Shown: positions 36,600-45,356 of the stretch, piece by piece
How positions within the stretch are numbered: the first letter of the stretch is position 1
Layout of the letters: the number at the start of each line of letters is the position of its first letter
Assembly: GCA_001784175.1 (NCBI GenBank)
Contig: MFPR01000033.1
Span: 62,001-126,000, forward strand
DNA length: 64,000 nt
From: Candidatus Lindowbacteria bacterium RIFCSPLOWO2_12_FULL_62_27
GTDB lineage: Bacteria > Lindowbacteria > 2-12-FULL-62-27
Direction of reading: 5' to 3'
The notes under the pieces: model-generated
What the model was told of the DNA's origin: nothing
The model's database searches: none
The model's input: the letters and a program-made list of their open reading frames with translations, nothing else
Made by a program: the position numbers and the translations under genes

Positions 36600-37058
36600 T
36601 TGCTCACCGTCTTGTCCTTCGTCTTTCTGGCGCCTTCGGCCTTCGCCGGCCATCCCTTCGACGCGCGCCGGTACGCGCACGAGATTTTCGCCGAAGACGA
36701 AATCGCGCTCTCTAAATATGCGGCGGACATCGATGAGGAAACGGTTCTCCGCCTCCTCGAAAAATCATGGGCCGATCTCGACCGCGCCGCGGACCGCGCC
36801 GCCGGCCTGCCGCCCGATCAGGCGCGCGCGGCCCTTCAAGCGGCGGTCCGGGGCGAGGGCGGCATCTCCGAGTCCTTCGACCGGCGACTCCGCGATGAGG
36901 CGAAAACAGCGGCGCAGCCCGTCACGGCCGCCGCGCGGATCGCGCGGGCCGCGCGCCATCCGATGATCTGGGCCCTCGCAGGTGGTTTTCTGATTCTGAT
37001 GGTTTGGGTGAATTTCAGAGAAAGGCAGAAGCCATCTCAAAAATCCCCTCCCGCCTGA
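36600..37058 (+). CDS. Hypothetical membrane protein (signal peptide + C-terminal TM); start uncertain
   Basis: Hydrophobic N-terminus ending in AFA; C-terminal MIWALAGGFLILMVWV. Confidence 0.55.
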   Translation: MLTVLSFVFLAPSAFAGHPFDARRYAHEIFAEDEIALSKYAADIDEETVLRLLEKSWADLDRAADRAAGLPPDQARAALQAAVRGEGGISESFDRRLRDEAKTAAQPVTAAARIARAARHPMIWALAGGFLILMVWVNFRERQKPSQKSPPA

Positions 37059-37179
37059 AGGACGGGCGGGTGGCGACGTGTCGACGCCCGAACCGCCCCG
37101 CAGCCCGAAGGGCGAGGAGCGGAAGCGGACGGCGACACGTCGACAGGACCCGCGTGTCAGGGATTATTGAGATGGCTTC
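37028..37179. mobile_element. MITE-like element, 152 bp
   Basis: Terminal inverted repeats GAAGCCATCTCAAAAATCCC / GGGATTATTGAGATGGCTTC (19 of 20 match), internal IR CGACGTGTCG/CGACACGTCG, no transposase. Confidence 0.72.
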
Positions 37180-37200
37180 GATGCAGTTGAGGAGGCCGGT

Positions 37201-40200
37201 CTACCCGTCCTTCATCCCCTTGAGCGCGCAGTACAGGAGAATCTCGCGTTTCGCGAACTGGATGTCAATGTTGATCTTCACCTCGTTCGACCAGTAGGAC
37301 CTCGGAATCGACAAGACCACGGGTCGGGTCTGGTTGTGCCGCAGCAGGAATTCCTCCCCGAGCTGCGCGCCCGTGATGAACGCGCCGGGCATCTCCCTCA
37401 GATTTTCGCCCGAACACGAAACGTGTTTGATCCGGACCTTGGACGCGTCCGTGAGAAACCCCACCGCGCGGGCCTCGATGAACAGTATCACGCGGGTCGG
37501 CGTGAAGAGGATGCGCTTTAAACTGCAATTCAGCGTGTGCTCTTCGTCGACTCCCTTGCTCCCTCGATCATAAAAACGCTCGTCCAGCGAAAAACTCTTC
37601 GGACGGTCCCCCCCGCCCGCCGCGCCGACGTATGCATCTTCGAAAATCTTGTGAACGGCCGCAATCTCCGTCCGCGCGCCGATCCCGAACGCGTCATACG
37701 GGATTTCCGCCAGCGTCGCCGACACCGCCGCATCCTGCGCAACCTCCAGATTGAATCCGTACGCCTCTCGGTGCGACCGGGATAGGCTCACGATCCGGTC
37801 ATGCTGGCCGCGGCGCTTCGCCATCGCGATCCGCATCCGGACCGCCTCCTCCATCAGGTTCGCGGGCCCTTTCTTCTCAAAATAATTCAGCATCCGCTCA
37901 GCCGCATCCAGGTCCTCCGCCTGAACGTACAGCTTCGCGGCTTCGAACGCCACGGTCGGCGCCTGCGGCGCATCCGGATGCTGCTCCAGGAACCGCTCGT
38001 ACCCGCCCAGCGCGTCCGCAGTCTGGCCCAGCTTGATCTTGCAAAGCTGCGCCGCATAGTAGCTCTCCTGCGCCCACCGGGACTGCGGATACTGCCTGAC
38101 GACGCGTGTGTAGCCCGACAGCGCCTCTTCGTATCGTTGCCCAAGGTAGTCGCAGTCCGCGGTGCGCGTCGCCGCTTCGACGACGGCGTCCGATCCCGGC
38201 GGATCCTGCACGCCCGCAAGATACGCGTGCGCCTCCGGAAACCGGCCGGACCGAAAATGCCACAGGCCCAGCGCATGCTTCGCGCGCGAATGGATCGCAC
38301 GGCCCCGGATGCGGCCCGACAGCCGGCGATAGTCCGACTCCAGCGTCGAATACTGCTGCAGCCGGTTCAGCGTCGAAATCAGCGCATCGGCGGCGCTGTC
38401 CCGCAGATCCGCCGGCGACTCGGGATGCTCGATCACGCTGCGCAAGTGCGGCAATCCCTCCTGCGTCTTTCCGGCCGCCACGTTCGCCCGGCCCAGATCA
38501 TACAGGCGCGCAGGTTCGGTTTTCGGGCCTCTGGCATCGCTCAAGGTTCCCATAAGATCCGCTTCCTTCGGCCGGCGCGCCTCCGTGTGAAGCAAGCCGA
38601 GCTGATGCAAAGCGCGATTCGAGTAAGCCCCGGATGGATGACGACTCAGATAGGTTTCGTAAGCTGACCGGGCGGTTGCGGTATCTCCCGAGGCCGCTGC
38701 CACCACAGCCCACAGATACTCGAGTTCTTCGTCCATGTTCGCAGGCAGTCGGCCCCCCGAAGCCGTCCACTCATCCAGTCGCTTCAGCGCGCGGGCGCTG
38801 CCCGCATGGTTCCCCGTCTGCTCGTGCGATTTCAATTCATAAAAAACTGCGCGGCCGTAAATCTCGTCATCCTTCGAAACTCGACGCACAACGTCCTTCG
38901 CGTACCGCGGCAGAACGCCATACTGACCCTTCGCATACAGGCGATCCATCGTGAACAGGTACAGCCGCGGGTGGGGATACTGCGACAGGCGCTCGTCAAG
39001 CTGCCGGCCCAGCGCTTCCTCTTCGCCCGGCGCCGCAAAATCGATCGCCCGATCCAGTTGCATCGCCGCCTCGAGAAATGCGGCCGGGTCAGCGTCATCC
39101 GCCCCTGGTACGCCGCCCACCGACTCCAGTTGCGTCATCAGTTTCTCCGCCCACGAAAAGTTCCGCTCTTTGAAGTCCGATAAAACGCTCCAGTATCTGT
39201 ACTCTTTCGCCTGCTGCGCGTCGGACGACGCCTTCGACATGTCCGAAAAGGACCGCGCCGCGTCGCCAAAACGGCCCAGCTCATACTGGCACCGCGCGCG
39301 CATCGGCAGAATCCGCGACACCATCGCATCCGACGGGCGCTGGATACGATCTAGATGCGTCAGCGTTTCGGAATATCGCTTCGCTTCAAAATAATGCCGG
39401 GCGAGTTCATAAAAACTTTCGTTTCGCGCCTCTTCGGTCGGCGCCTGGTTCGCGGCCTGCTCGAGCAGCCGCGTGCCCTCCTCCGTCTGGCCCGATCCCA
39501 GCAGGCTGCGGCCTTGAAGCAGGTTCACGCGATAACTCGATTCATCCATCTTCGCCAGTCGCCTCGCCGCCTCTTCGTACCGGTTGCCTTGGTACGCCGA
39601 TTCCGCTCGGAAAAACTGGAGATCCTCCTTGAGGCGCGGAAGACTCGCGCCCTCGGCAAGTCGCTCACCGGCCGACGCAAGCGCCTCCGCGTCGCCGGTA
39701 CGGCCCTGAACACGGTACAGATACGCGAGCTGCAGCGCCGCGCCGCCCCGAGCGTCCGGCAGTGCGTCCCGCTCGTCGTAAACCTGCCGGAGAAGCGGCA
39801 ACGCCCGGTCCGCGTCGCCCAGCGCCATGGAGGACCGCGCGCTGTTGTACATCGCCTGCGCGCGAAATTCCGGCGGGACGCTGCTTCGGCGGCGATGGAC
39901 CTGATCATACGACGCGCGGCTCTCCCCGTATCGGCCCTCCGCAAACGCCGCATCTCCTCGACGCATCGATTCCTCCGCCTGCACAAGGTCCGGATTCTTG
40001 GACATGCGCGCCAGCATCGTCTGCGCCTCGGACGGACGGCCGGCGCGGATCAGCAGTTGCCGAAGACGGAACTCCGCAACCTGCCGACGCTCCCCGCCAA
40101 GGCCCGGCTGTGCGAGTAGCGCCCGCAACAACGTTTCCGCCCGCCGGTCGTCTCCGCTCTTCAGAAATGTCTCGCACAGGCGCACTCGGCTGTTCAGCAC

Positions 40201-40614
40201 GGTCTTGGGTTCCGCGGACGGATCGTCGATGACTTTGGAAAAATATCCGGCTGCGTCGTCGTACGCAAACAGATGCGATGACGTGACGCCGGCCGCGTAC
40301 AACGCATCGTGTCGGTAGGTCGATGCCGGAAATTCGGCCGGCACCCGCTTGTAAAAATCGAGGGCTTTCGAAAACTCACCCGTCTGATCGTGCGACTGCC
40401 CGGCCCAGTACAGGGCGGCGTCGAGTTGCGGGTCTCGCGGGTAGAGCGCCACGATCTTTGCAAACGTCTGCGCCGCCAGCTCATATTCGGCGCGCTTGTA
40501 AAAAAAAACGCCGTTGTTGTACTCGTGCGCGAAATCGGCGCGGGCCGCGGCAAGAGGCCAGACGGCGGTCATGAGAACGGCCAGAACATAAATTCCAGAC
40601 AGCTTCGATGCCAT
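37201..40614 (-). CDS. Large exported TPR-repeat protein
   Basis: Signal peptide (..AAARA), many TPR/BamD-YbgF-like repeats (ALYWAG, YPQSRWA), non-TPR C-terminal ~160 aa; start overlaps the upstream stop. Confidence 0.85.
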   Translation of the reverse strand: MASKLSGIYVLAVLMTAVWPLAAARADFAHEYNNGVFFYKRAEYELAAQTFAKIVALYPRDPQLDAALYWAGQSHDQTGEFSKALDFYKRVPAEFPASTYRHDALYAAGVTSSHLFAYDDAAGYFSKVIDDPSAEPKTVLNSRVRLCETFLKSGDDRRAETLLRALLAQPGLGGERRQVAEFRLRQLLIRAGRPSEAQTMLARMSKNPDLVQAEESMRRGDAAFAEGRYGESRASYDQVHRRRSSVPPEFRAQAMYNSARSSMALGDADRALPLLRQVYDERDALPDARGGAALQLAYLYRVQGRTGDAEALASAGERLAEGASLPRLKEDLQFFRAESAYQGNRYEEAARRLAKMDESSYRVNLLQGRSLLGSGQTEEGTRLLEQAANQAPTEEARNESFYELARHYFEAKRYSETLTHLDRIQRPSDAMVSRILPMRARCQYELGRFGDAARSFSDMSKASSDAQQAKEYRYWSVLSDFKERNFSWAEKLMTQLESVGGVPGADDADPAAFLEAAMQLDRAIDFAAPGEEEALGRQLDERLSQYPHPRLYLFTMDRLYAKGQYGVLPRYAKDVVRRVSKDDEIYGRAVFYELKSHEQTGNHAGSARALKRLDEWTASGGRLPANMDEELEYLWAVVAAASGDTATARSAYETYLSRHPSGAYSNRALHQLGLLHTEARRPKEADLMGTLSDARGPKTEPARLYDLGRANVAAGKTQEGLPHLRSVIEHPESPADLRDSAADALISTLNRLQQYSTLESDYRRLSGRIRGRAIHSRAKHALGLWHFRSGRFPEAHAYLAGVQDPPGSDAVVEAATRTADCDYLGQRYEEALSGYTRVVRQYPQSRWAQESYYAAQLCKIKLGQTADALGGYERFLEQHPDAPQAPTVAFEAAKLYVQAEDLDAAERMLNYFEKKGPANLMEEAVRMRIAMAKRRGQHDRIVSLSRSHREAYGFNLEVAQDAAVSATLAEIPYDAFGIGARTEIAAVHKIFEDAYVGAAGGGDRPKSFSLDERFYDRGSKGVDEEHTLNCSLKRILFTPTRVILFIEARAVGFLTDASKVRIKHVSCSGENLREMPGAFITGAQLGEEFLLRHNQTRPVVLSIPRSYWSNEVKINIDIQFAKREILLYCALKGMKDG

Positions 40615-41153
40615 TATCTCGCTCCCTCCGATGCGACACCTCGGCGTTCTTTCTCTCTCTGCCTCAATTCCTCCACCACCGCGCGGCTCCGGACCACGAC
40701 GGCCGATTCGGTCGACGCGGCCAGCGCGGCCAGCGTCCAGTTCTGGCTGCCAACGATCAGCGTCTCCTCGTCTATGACCACCGCCTTTGTGTGGTTGGTC
40801 ACTTCCTCGGACTCCCAACGCACATCCTCAATCCCGCTCGACCGCAGCCGCTCCGCCGCCTTCTCGTTGTCTGACGCGAAATGCCGGTCCAACAGTACCT
40901 CGACCCGCACTCCGCGCTTCCGGGCGGCGGTCAGCGCCGCCAAAATCTTGGTCACCGGATGGCCTTCAGACGGGCCGGGCCGGATCAAATACATCTCGAC
41001 CCGGATGCTCGACCGCGCGTCCCCGATCGACTCCAACAGCACCGGCAGATACTCTTCGTTCGAAAGAAACACAACGTCCGTCACATCCTGCGCACACAGT
41101 CCGCTGGACGCGATCGCCAAACCGCAAACTAGGAGCGCCACATGTCTTCTCAC
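40614..41153 (-). CDS. Single-HKD PLD/Nuc-like protein, exported
   Basis: HTKAVVIDEETLIVGSQNW; signal peptide. Confidence 0.85.
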   Translation of the reverse strand: MRRHVALLVCGLAIASSGLCAQDVTDVVFLSNEEYLPVLLESIGDARSSIRVEMYLIRPGPSEGHPVTKILAALTAARKRGVRVEVLLDRHFASDNEKAAERLRSSGIEDVRWESEEVTNHTKAVVIDEETLIVGSQNWTLAALAASTESAVVVRSRAVVEELRQREKERRGVASEGAR

Positions 41154-41851
41154 CCGCTCACCGATCCCATCCGCGCTTTCTGCAGGCTCCGGTCAAACCG
41201 CTCGAAGTATCTCCGCATCGTGCTCACCGGAATGGGCGCCGAGATCCGAAGACTGATCTCCTTGTTCGTCTCGAGCGCCGACTCCGACCAGTTGTGATTG
41301 CCGACGTAGAGGATCCGGTCATCGATCAGGACGACCTTCGCGTGCGTCTCAACGTCCGGAAGGTCGAACTCCGCGAAAATGTCGTTGGCCTTCAGCGCGT
41401 CCGCGGTCTTCCGGTTCGACCGCGTCAGGGCCTTGTCCAGATTCGATTGCTCCATCCTCACCCGCACCGACACGCCCCGGCGCCGCGCGTCGATCAGGCC
41501 CGCCACCAGCCGGTTCGCGGGATTGTCCGCCAGTTTCCCCATCTTGATCTCGAACATCAGTACCTCGATGCTCCGACGGGCTTGCGCCAGATCCTCCTGC
41601 AATCGGACGGCATACTCGCCGTCGACCAGCGGCGTCACTTCAAACCCGGCCGCCGGTCCCGCTTGGCCGGACTGCTGCTCCTCCTTCAATTCCTTCAGAA
41701 GGCGCGTCCGCCCCATCTCCTTCTCCGGCTCGCCCGACGTCAGCCAGTAGATCGCACCGGTCAGCGCAAAAAGAAAAACGGCAACCAGGAAAAGGTTCAC
41801 AAGAACCCTCCGCAAAATCAGCGGCCTTCCCGCAGTTCTTTTACTTGACAT
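41150..41851 (-). CDS. Single-HKD PLD/Nuc-like protein, membrane anchored
   Basis: HAKVVLIDDRILYVGNHNW; N-terminal TM. Confidence 0.85.
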   Translation of the reverse strand: MSSKRTAGRPLILRRVLVNLFLVAVFLFALTGAIYWLTSGEPEKEMGRTRLLKELKEEQQSGQAGPAAGFEVTPLVDGEYAVRLQEDLAQARRSIEVLMFEIKMGKLADNPANRLVAGLIDARRRGVSVRVRMEQSNLDKALTRSNRKTADALKANDIFAEFDLPDVETHAKVVLIDDRILYVGNHNWSESALETNKEISLRISAPIPVSTMRRYFERFDRSLQKARMGSVSG

Positions 41852-41883
41852 TATCAAGTACAAATATATATTAATTGCTTGAT
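41842..41883. promoter_or_regulatory. AT-rich divergent promoter region with an inverted-repeat operator candidate
   Basis: TACTTGA-N5-TCAAGTA overlapping TTGACA (41845-41850), followed by TATATT. Confidence 0.55.
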
Positions 41884-43389
41884 ATGAACAAACGTTTCTT
41901 CTTCCTCACCGCTTGGCTCTTCCTCTTGGCCTCTCCCGCAATCTGCCCCGCGGTCTACCAGGGAGGCTACGCGGTGGTCATCGAAGGACCCACCACGGTC
42001 GACCTCAACTCGACGGAACAGTTTGTCGCGCGCGCCTATGACCCGCAGGGCAACCCCGTCAGCGAAGTGACGTTTACACGCACATTCTCCTCGCTGGGAC
42101 TGACAACGGTCAACCGGCAGATGACCGTTTATGCGCCCGATGGCACGAAACACGTCCTCAACGGGTCGCTCGACGTCGCCGTGCAGAATCCCGAGGCCGC
42201 AGGCGGTGACACGGAGGCCGCGCCGCCGCCCGAAGGCGTGTTTTTCACCGACCCGGCCAAATCCTCTTCCGGCGTCACCAACGCCACGGTCGACGTGATC
42301 CGATCGGCCAAGTCCGAAATCCTGATCGCGGCTTACACGATCGAATCGCAGGACGTCGTCGATGCGCTGGTCGAGGCCGCCAATCGGCTCGGCGCCGGAA
42401 ATGTCAAGGTCGTCATCGAGGAAAAGTATTTTTCGGACCCCGACAACCAGGCGGTCCTCGATGCGCTGACAGCCGCCGGCGTGCAGATCGTCTCCGATGG
42501 GACACGCAGCGGGTCGCTCATGCACAACAAATTCGTCGTCGTTGACGATAAAACGGTTCTCACGGGGTCCACCAATTTTACGACGACTCAGCTCACGAGC
42601 GACGCCAACAACACGGTCATCTTTCGTGACCCCGATATGGCGGCGGCTTACGCCACCGAATTCAACGAAATGTTCTCCGGTAACTTCGATGGAGGCAAAC
42701 AGGACAACACGCAACACGAGTTTACGGTCGAGATGGGCGGCGGTGGGGGCCTGAACATCAATACGGCGTCGGCGCAGGAACTCGCCGGACTCCCCGGCAT
42801 CGGGTCATCCATGGCGCAGAAAATCGTCTCGTTTCGTGAAACCAACGGGCCCTTTCAGTCCGTCCAGGACTTGGACCGCGTCCCGGGCATCGGGTCGTCG
42901 ACCGTCGCCAAAGTTTCGCCCTACGTGACCACCGAGGGCGGCGAGGCGAGGCAGGTGCAGGTCGAAGTCTATTTCACGCCAAGCGACCAGACGAAGGACC
43001 AGCTCATCAAGGCCATCGACGGCGCGCGGCAATCGATCGATTTCTCGATCTTTACCTTCACCGACCCCGACGTCGCCGATGCGCTCCAGGCGGCAAAAGA
43101 GCGCGGCGTCCAGGTCCGCGGTGTCTTTGACGCGTGGCAGGCCAACGGCGCCGCCAGCCAGTTCGATGACCTGCAGTCCGCCGGACTCGAGGTCAAAAAA
43201 GACGGATTCTCCGCGCTCAATCACTCCAAATACCTCGTCGCCGACGGATCGGTCGTCGTCACCGGGTCTTACAACTGGACGGGTGCGGCCAACGGCGAAA
43301 ACGACGAAAACCTCCTCATCATCCGCGACGCGCAAATCGCTTCTCAATACCTCGCCAATTTCAGTTCCGCTTTCGCCGCCGGCAAGTAA
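41884..43389 (+). CDS. Exported PLD-HhH-PLD protein, putative nuclease
   Basis: Signal peptide; HNKFVVVDDKTVLTGSTN; LNINTASAQELAGLPGIG..DRVPGIG; HSKYLVADGSVVVTGSYN. Confidence 0.88.
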   Translation: MNKRFFFLTAWLFLLASPAICPAVYQGGYAVVIEGPTTVDLNSTEQFVARAYDPQGNPVSEVTFTRTFSSLGLTTVNRQMTVYAPDGTKHVLNGSLDVAVQNPEAAGGDTEAAPPPEGVFFTDPAKSSSGVTNATVDVIRSAKSEILIAAYTIESQDVVDALVEAANRLGAGNVKVVIEEKYFSDPDNQAVLDALTAAGVQIVSDGTRSGSLMHNKFVVVDDKTVLTGSTNFTTTQLTSDANNTVIFRDPDMAAAYATEFNEMFSGNFDGGKQDNTQHEFTVEMGGGGGLNINTASAQELAGLPGIGSSMAQKIVSFRETNGPFQSVQDLDRVPGIGSSTVAKVSPYVTTEGGEARQVQVEVYFTPSDQTKDQLIKAIDGARQSIDFSIFTFTDPDVADALQAAKERGVQVRGVFDAWQANGAASQFDDLQSAGLEVKKDGFSALNHSKYLVADGSVVVTGSYNWTGAANGENDENLLIIRDAQIASQYLANFSSAFAAGK

Positions 43390-43396
43390 CCCGCGC

Positions 43397-44017
43397 TTGA
43401 AACTGGGGTTTCGCCTCCTCTGCGTCACCGATCGGCGCGCCACGAAGGGCCGCGAACTTGTTGAAGTGATGTCCGAACTGATCACCGCCGGACTGCGCGC
43501 GGTCCAGATACGCGATAAGGGCCTCGCCGCTCCTCACTTCCAAAAACTTGCGGCGGATTTCCGACAACTCTCCCAACAGATGCCCGTGCGCATATTCGTC
43601 AATTCCCGTATCGACGCCGCCAAAGAATTCGGCTGGAACCTCCATCTGCCCGAAGGCTCCGACATCGCGGCGGCGCGGCGCGAGCTGGGCGACGCGGCCG
43701 TCATCAGCGCATCCTGCCATTCGCTCGACAGCGCGCTCGCCGCGCACGACGCGGGAGCCAATTGCATCGTGTTCGGCCCGATTTTCTCCACGCTCTCCAA
43801 GACGTTGGAACGCCCGCCGCTCGGTCTCAAGGCCCTCACCGAAGTTTGCGCCGCCTGCGCCACGCCCGTCGTCGCAATCGGCGGCATCACCCCACAGAAC
43901 GCCCGCTCCTGCCTCGACGCCGGCGCCCAGGCGGTCGCCTCCATCGGCGCGCTCTTGGGCGCCGACGCCCCAGACCGCGCCCTCCTCGACTTCATGCGCT
44001 CCCTCGGACGCCTGTAG
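43397..44017 (+). CDS. thiE: Thiamine-phosphate synthase / TenI family
   Basis: VTDR, VQIRDK, SASCHS, FGPIFSTLSK, VVAIGGITP. Confidence 0.82.
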   Translation: MKLGFRLLCVTDRRATKGRELVEVMSELITAGLRAVQIRDKGLAAPHFQKLAADFRQLSQQMPVRIFVNSRIDAAKEFGWNLHLPEGSDIAAARRELGDAAVISASCHSLDSALAAHDAGANCIVFGPIFSTLSKTLERPPLGLKALTEVCAACATPVVAIGGITPQNARSCLDAGAQAVASIGALLGADAPDRALLDFMRSLGRL

Positions 44018-44041
44018 ACGACTCTTCCTTTCTGAGTTCCT

Positions 44042-44075
44042 CCTCCCCCCTTGTGGGGGAGGCTGGGTGGGGGGT
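44042..44075. repeat. Palindromic repeat family D
   Basis: Identical to 36540-36573. Confidence 0.9.
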
Positions 44076-44143
44076 CCATTCTCGACCGGCCTTCACGGGT
44101 TGACCTTGTTTTCACCGTTCGAATTTGTCACTCTATTACCGCC

Positions 44144-44569
44144 ATGCCATGCCCCGATCAGACGGCGTTACTGAAAATCAAAATCTCCGACGACGACCGC
44201 ATCCTCGACTGCACCTTCGCCAAATATTCCTGCGGTAAACCGGTCGGCATCGGATCGGAACTGAAACGCCTCATCGTCGGTATGCCCGCCCGGCAGGTCC
44301 TCGATCTCTCTCTGCCCGATGCCGCCGGAAGGCTCGGACTCCATTCCGAGGACGACCGATTCCTGCTCCTGGTTGAACTCGAAGCGCTGACGGCCGGCAT
44401 CGCGCTTTTCTTGGGCGTCGAATCCGGCGCAACGCCAAGATACTCCCTCAACGGCCTTCGCCGGGAAGACGGCTATTTCGAGATACTCCTCGACGCCGCC
44501 CCCGTCCCCACCGCGCCTGCCGTCCCTCTGCCCTGTTCGTCCTATGTCGAGGACCGGCCAACTTCCTAG
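44144..44569 (+). CDS. Hypothetical protein
   Basis: Coding-like ORF MPCPDQ..KYSCGK..LPCSS; stop overlaps the next ORF. Confidence 0.55.
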   Translation: MPCPDQTALLKIKISDDDRILDCTFAKYSCGKPVGIGSELKRLIVGMPARQVLDLSLPDAAGRLGLHSEDDRFLLLVELEALTAGIALFLGVESGATPRYSLNGLRREDGYFEILLDAAPVPTAPAVPLPCSSYVEDRPTS

Positions 44570-45356
44570 TGTAGTGTTTCAGAAGTCTCTTTACATTCGT
44601 CATTCCCGCGAAAGCGGGAATCCATGCAGTAGCCGAGTCGGATACTATCTCTTGCTGCTCATCCTCCTCGCCCTCCCCGCTTGCGCCTCCGACGACCTCA
44701 CCGACACCGAACGCTTCGCACGGCAACGCCGCTCGCTGGTCGCGGAACTCCGCGCCGAGGGAATCCGCAACGAGGCGGTCCTCCGGGTCGTCGCCGAAAC
44801 GCCGCGCCATCTGTTTGTCCCCGAAGGCCTCTCGTCCGTGGCTTACGGCAACCACCCCCTGCCGATCGGTCAGGGGCAGACCATCAGCCAGCCCTATATC
44901 GTCGCCATCATGACCGAACTGGCCATCGGCCCGCGGAAAGCAGCCAGACTCCGGACCCTCGAGATCGGCACCGGGTCCGGCTATCAGGCTGCGGTTCTCG
45001 CGAAACTTGTGAAGGAGGTCTATACGATTGAAATTATTCCGGAACTCGCAGACTCCGCGCGGCAACGGCTGAAAAAAATGGGTTGCCGAAATGTCTTTGT
45101 CCGCACCGGCGACGGATACAAGGGATGGCCCGACAAGGCGCCCTTCGACGCCATCGTCGTCACTGCGGCGCCGCCTTACATCCCTCAGGATCTTGTCCGT
45201 CAGCTCGCACGCGGCGGGCGCATGATCGTCCCGCTGGGCGAATCGCCTGACGATCAGAACCTGACGCTCGTCGCAAAATCCGATACGGGCGCGGTCTCAG
45301 TCCTCCCGCTTCTCCCCGTTCGATTCGTCCCCATGGTCCACGGCGATACTGAGTAG
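44544..45356 (+). CDS. pcm: Protein-L-isoaspartate O-methyltransferase (start uncertain)
   Basis: PRHLFVP, PLPIGQGQTISQPY, LEIGTGSGYQAA, APFDAIVVTAA, VRFVP. Confidence 0.93.
   Translation: MSRTGQLPSVVFQKSLYIRHSRESGNPCSSRVGYYLLLLILLALPACASDDLTDTERFARQRRSLVAELRAEGIRNEAVLRVVAETPRHLFVPEGLSSVAYGNHPLPIGQGQTISQPYIVAIMTELAIGPRKAARLRTLEIGTGSGYQAAVLAKLVKEVYTIEIIPELADSARQRLKKMGCRNVFVRTGDGYKGWPDKAPFDAIVVTAAPPYIPQDLVRQLARGGRMIVPLGESPDDQNLTLVAKSDTGAVSVLPLLPVRFVPMVHGDTE
44599..44624 (+). repeat. REP-like palindrome family B
   Basis: GTCA-TTCCCGC-GAAA-GCGGGAA-TCCA. Confidence 0.75.
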
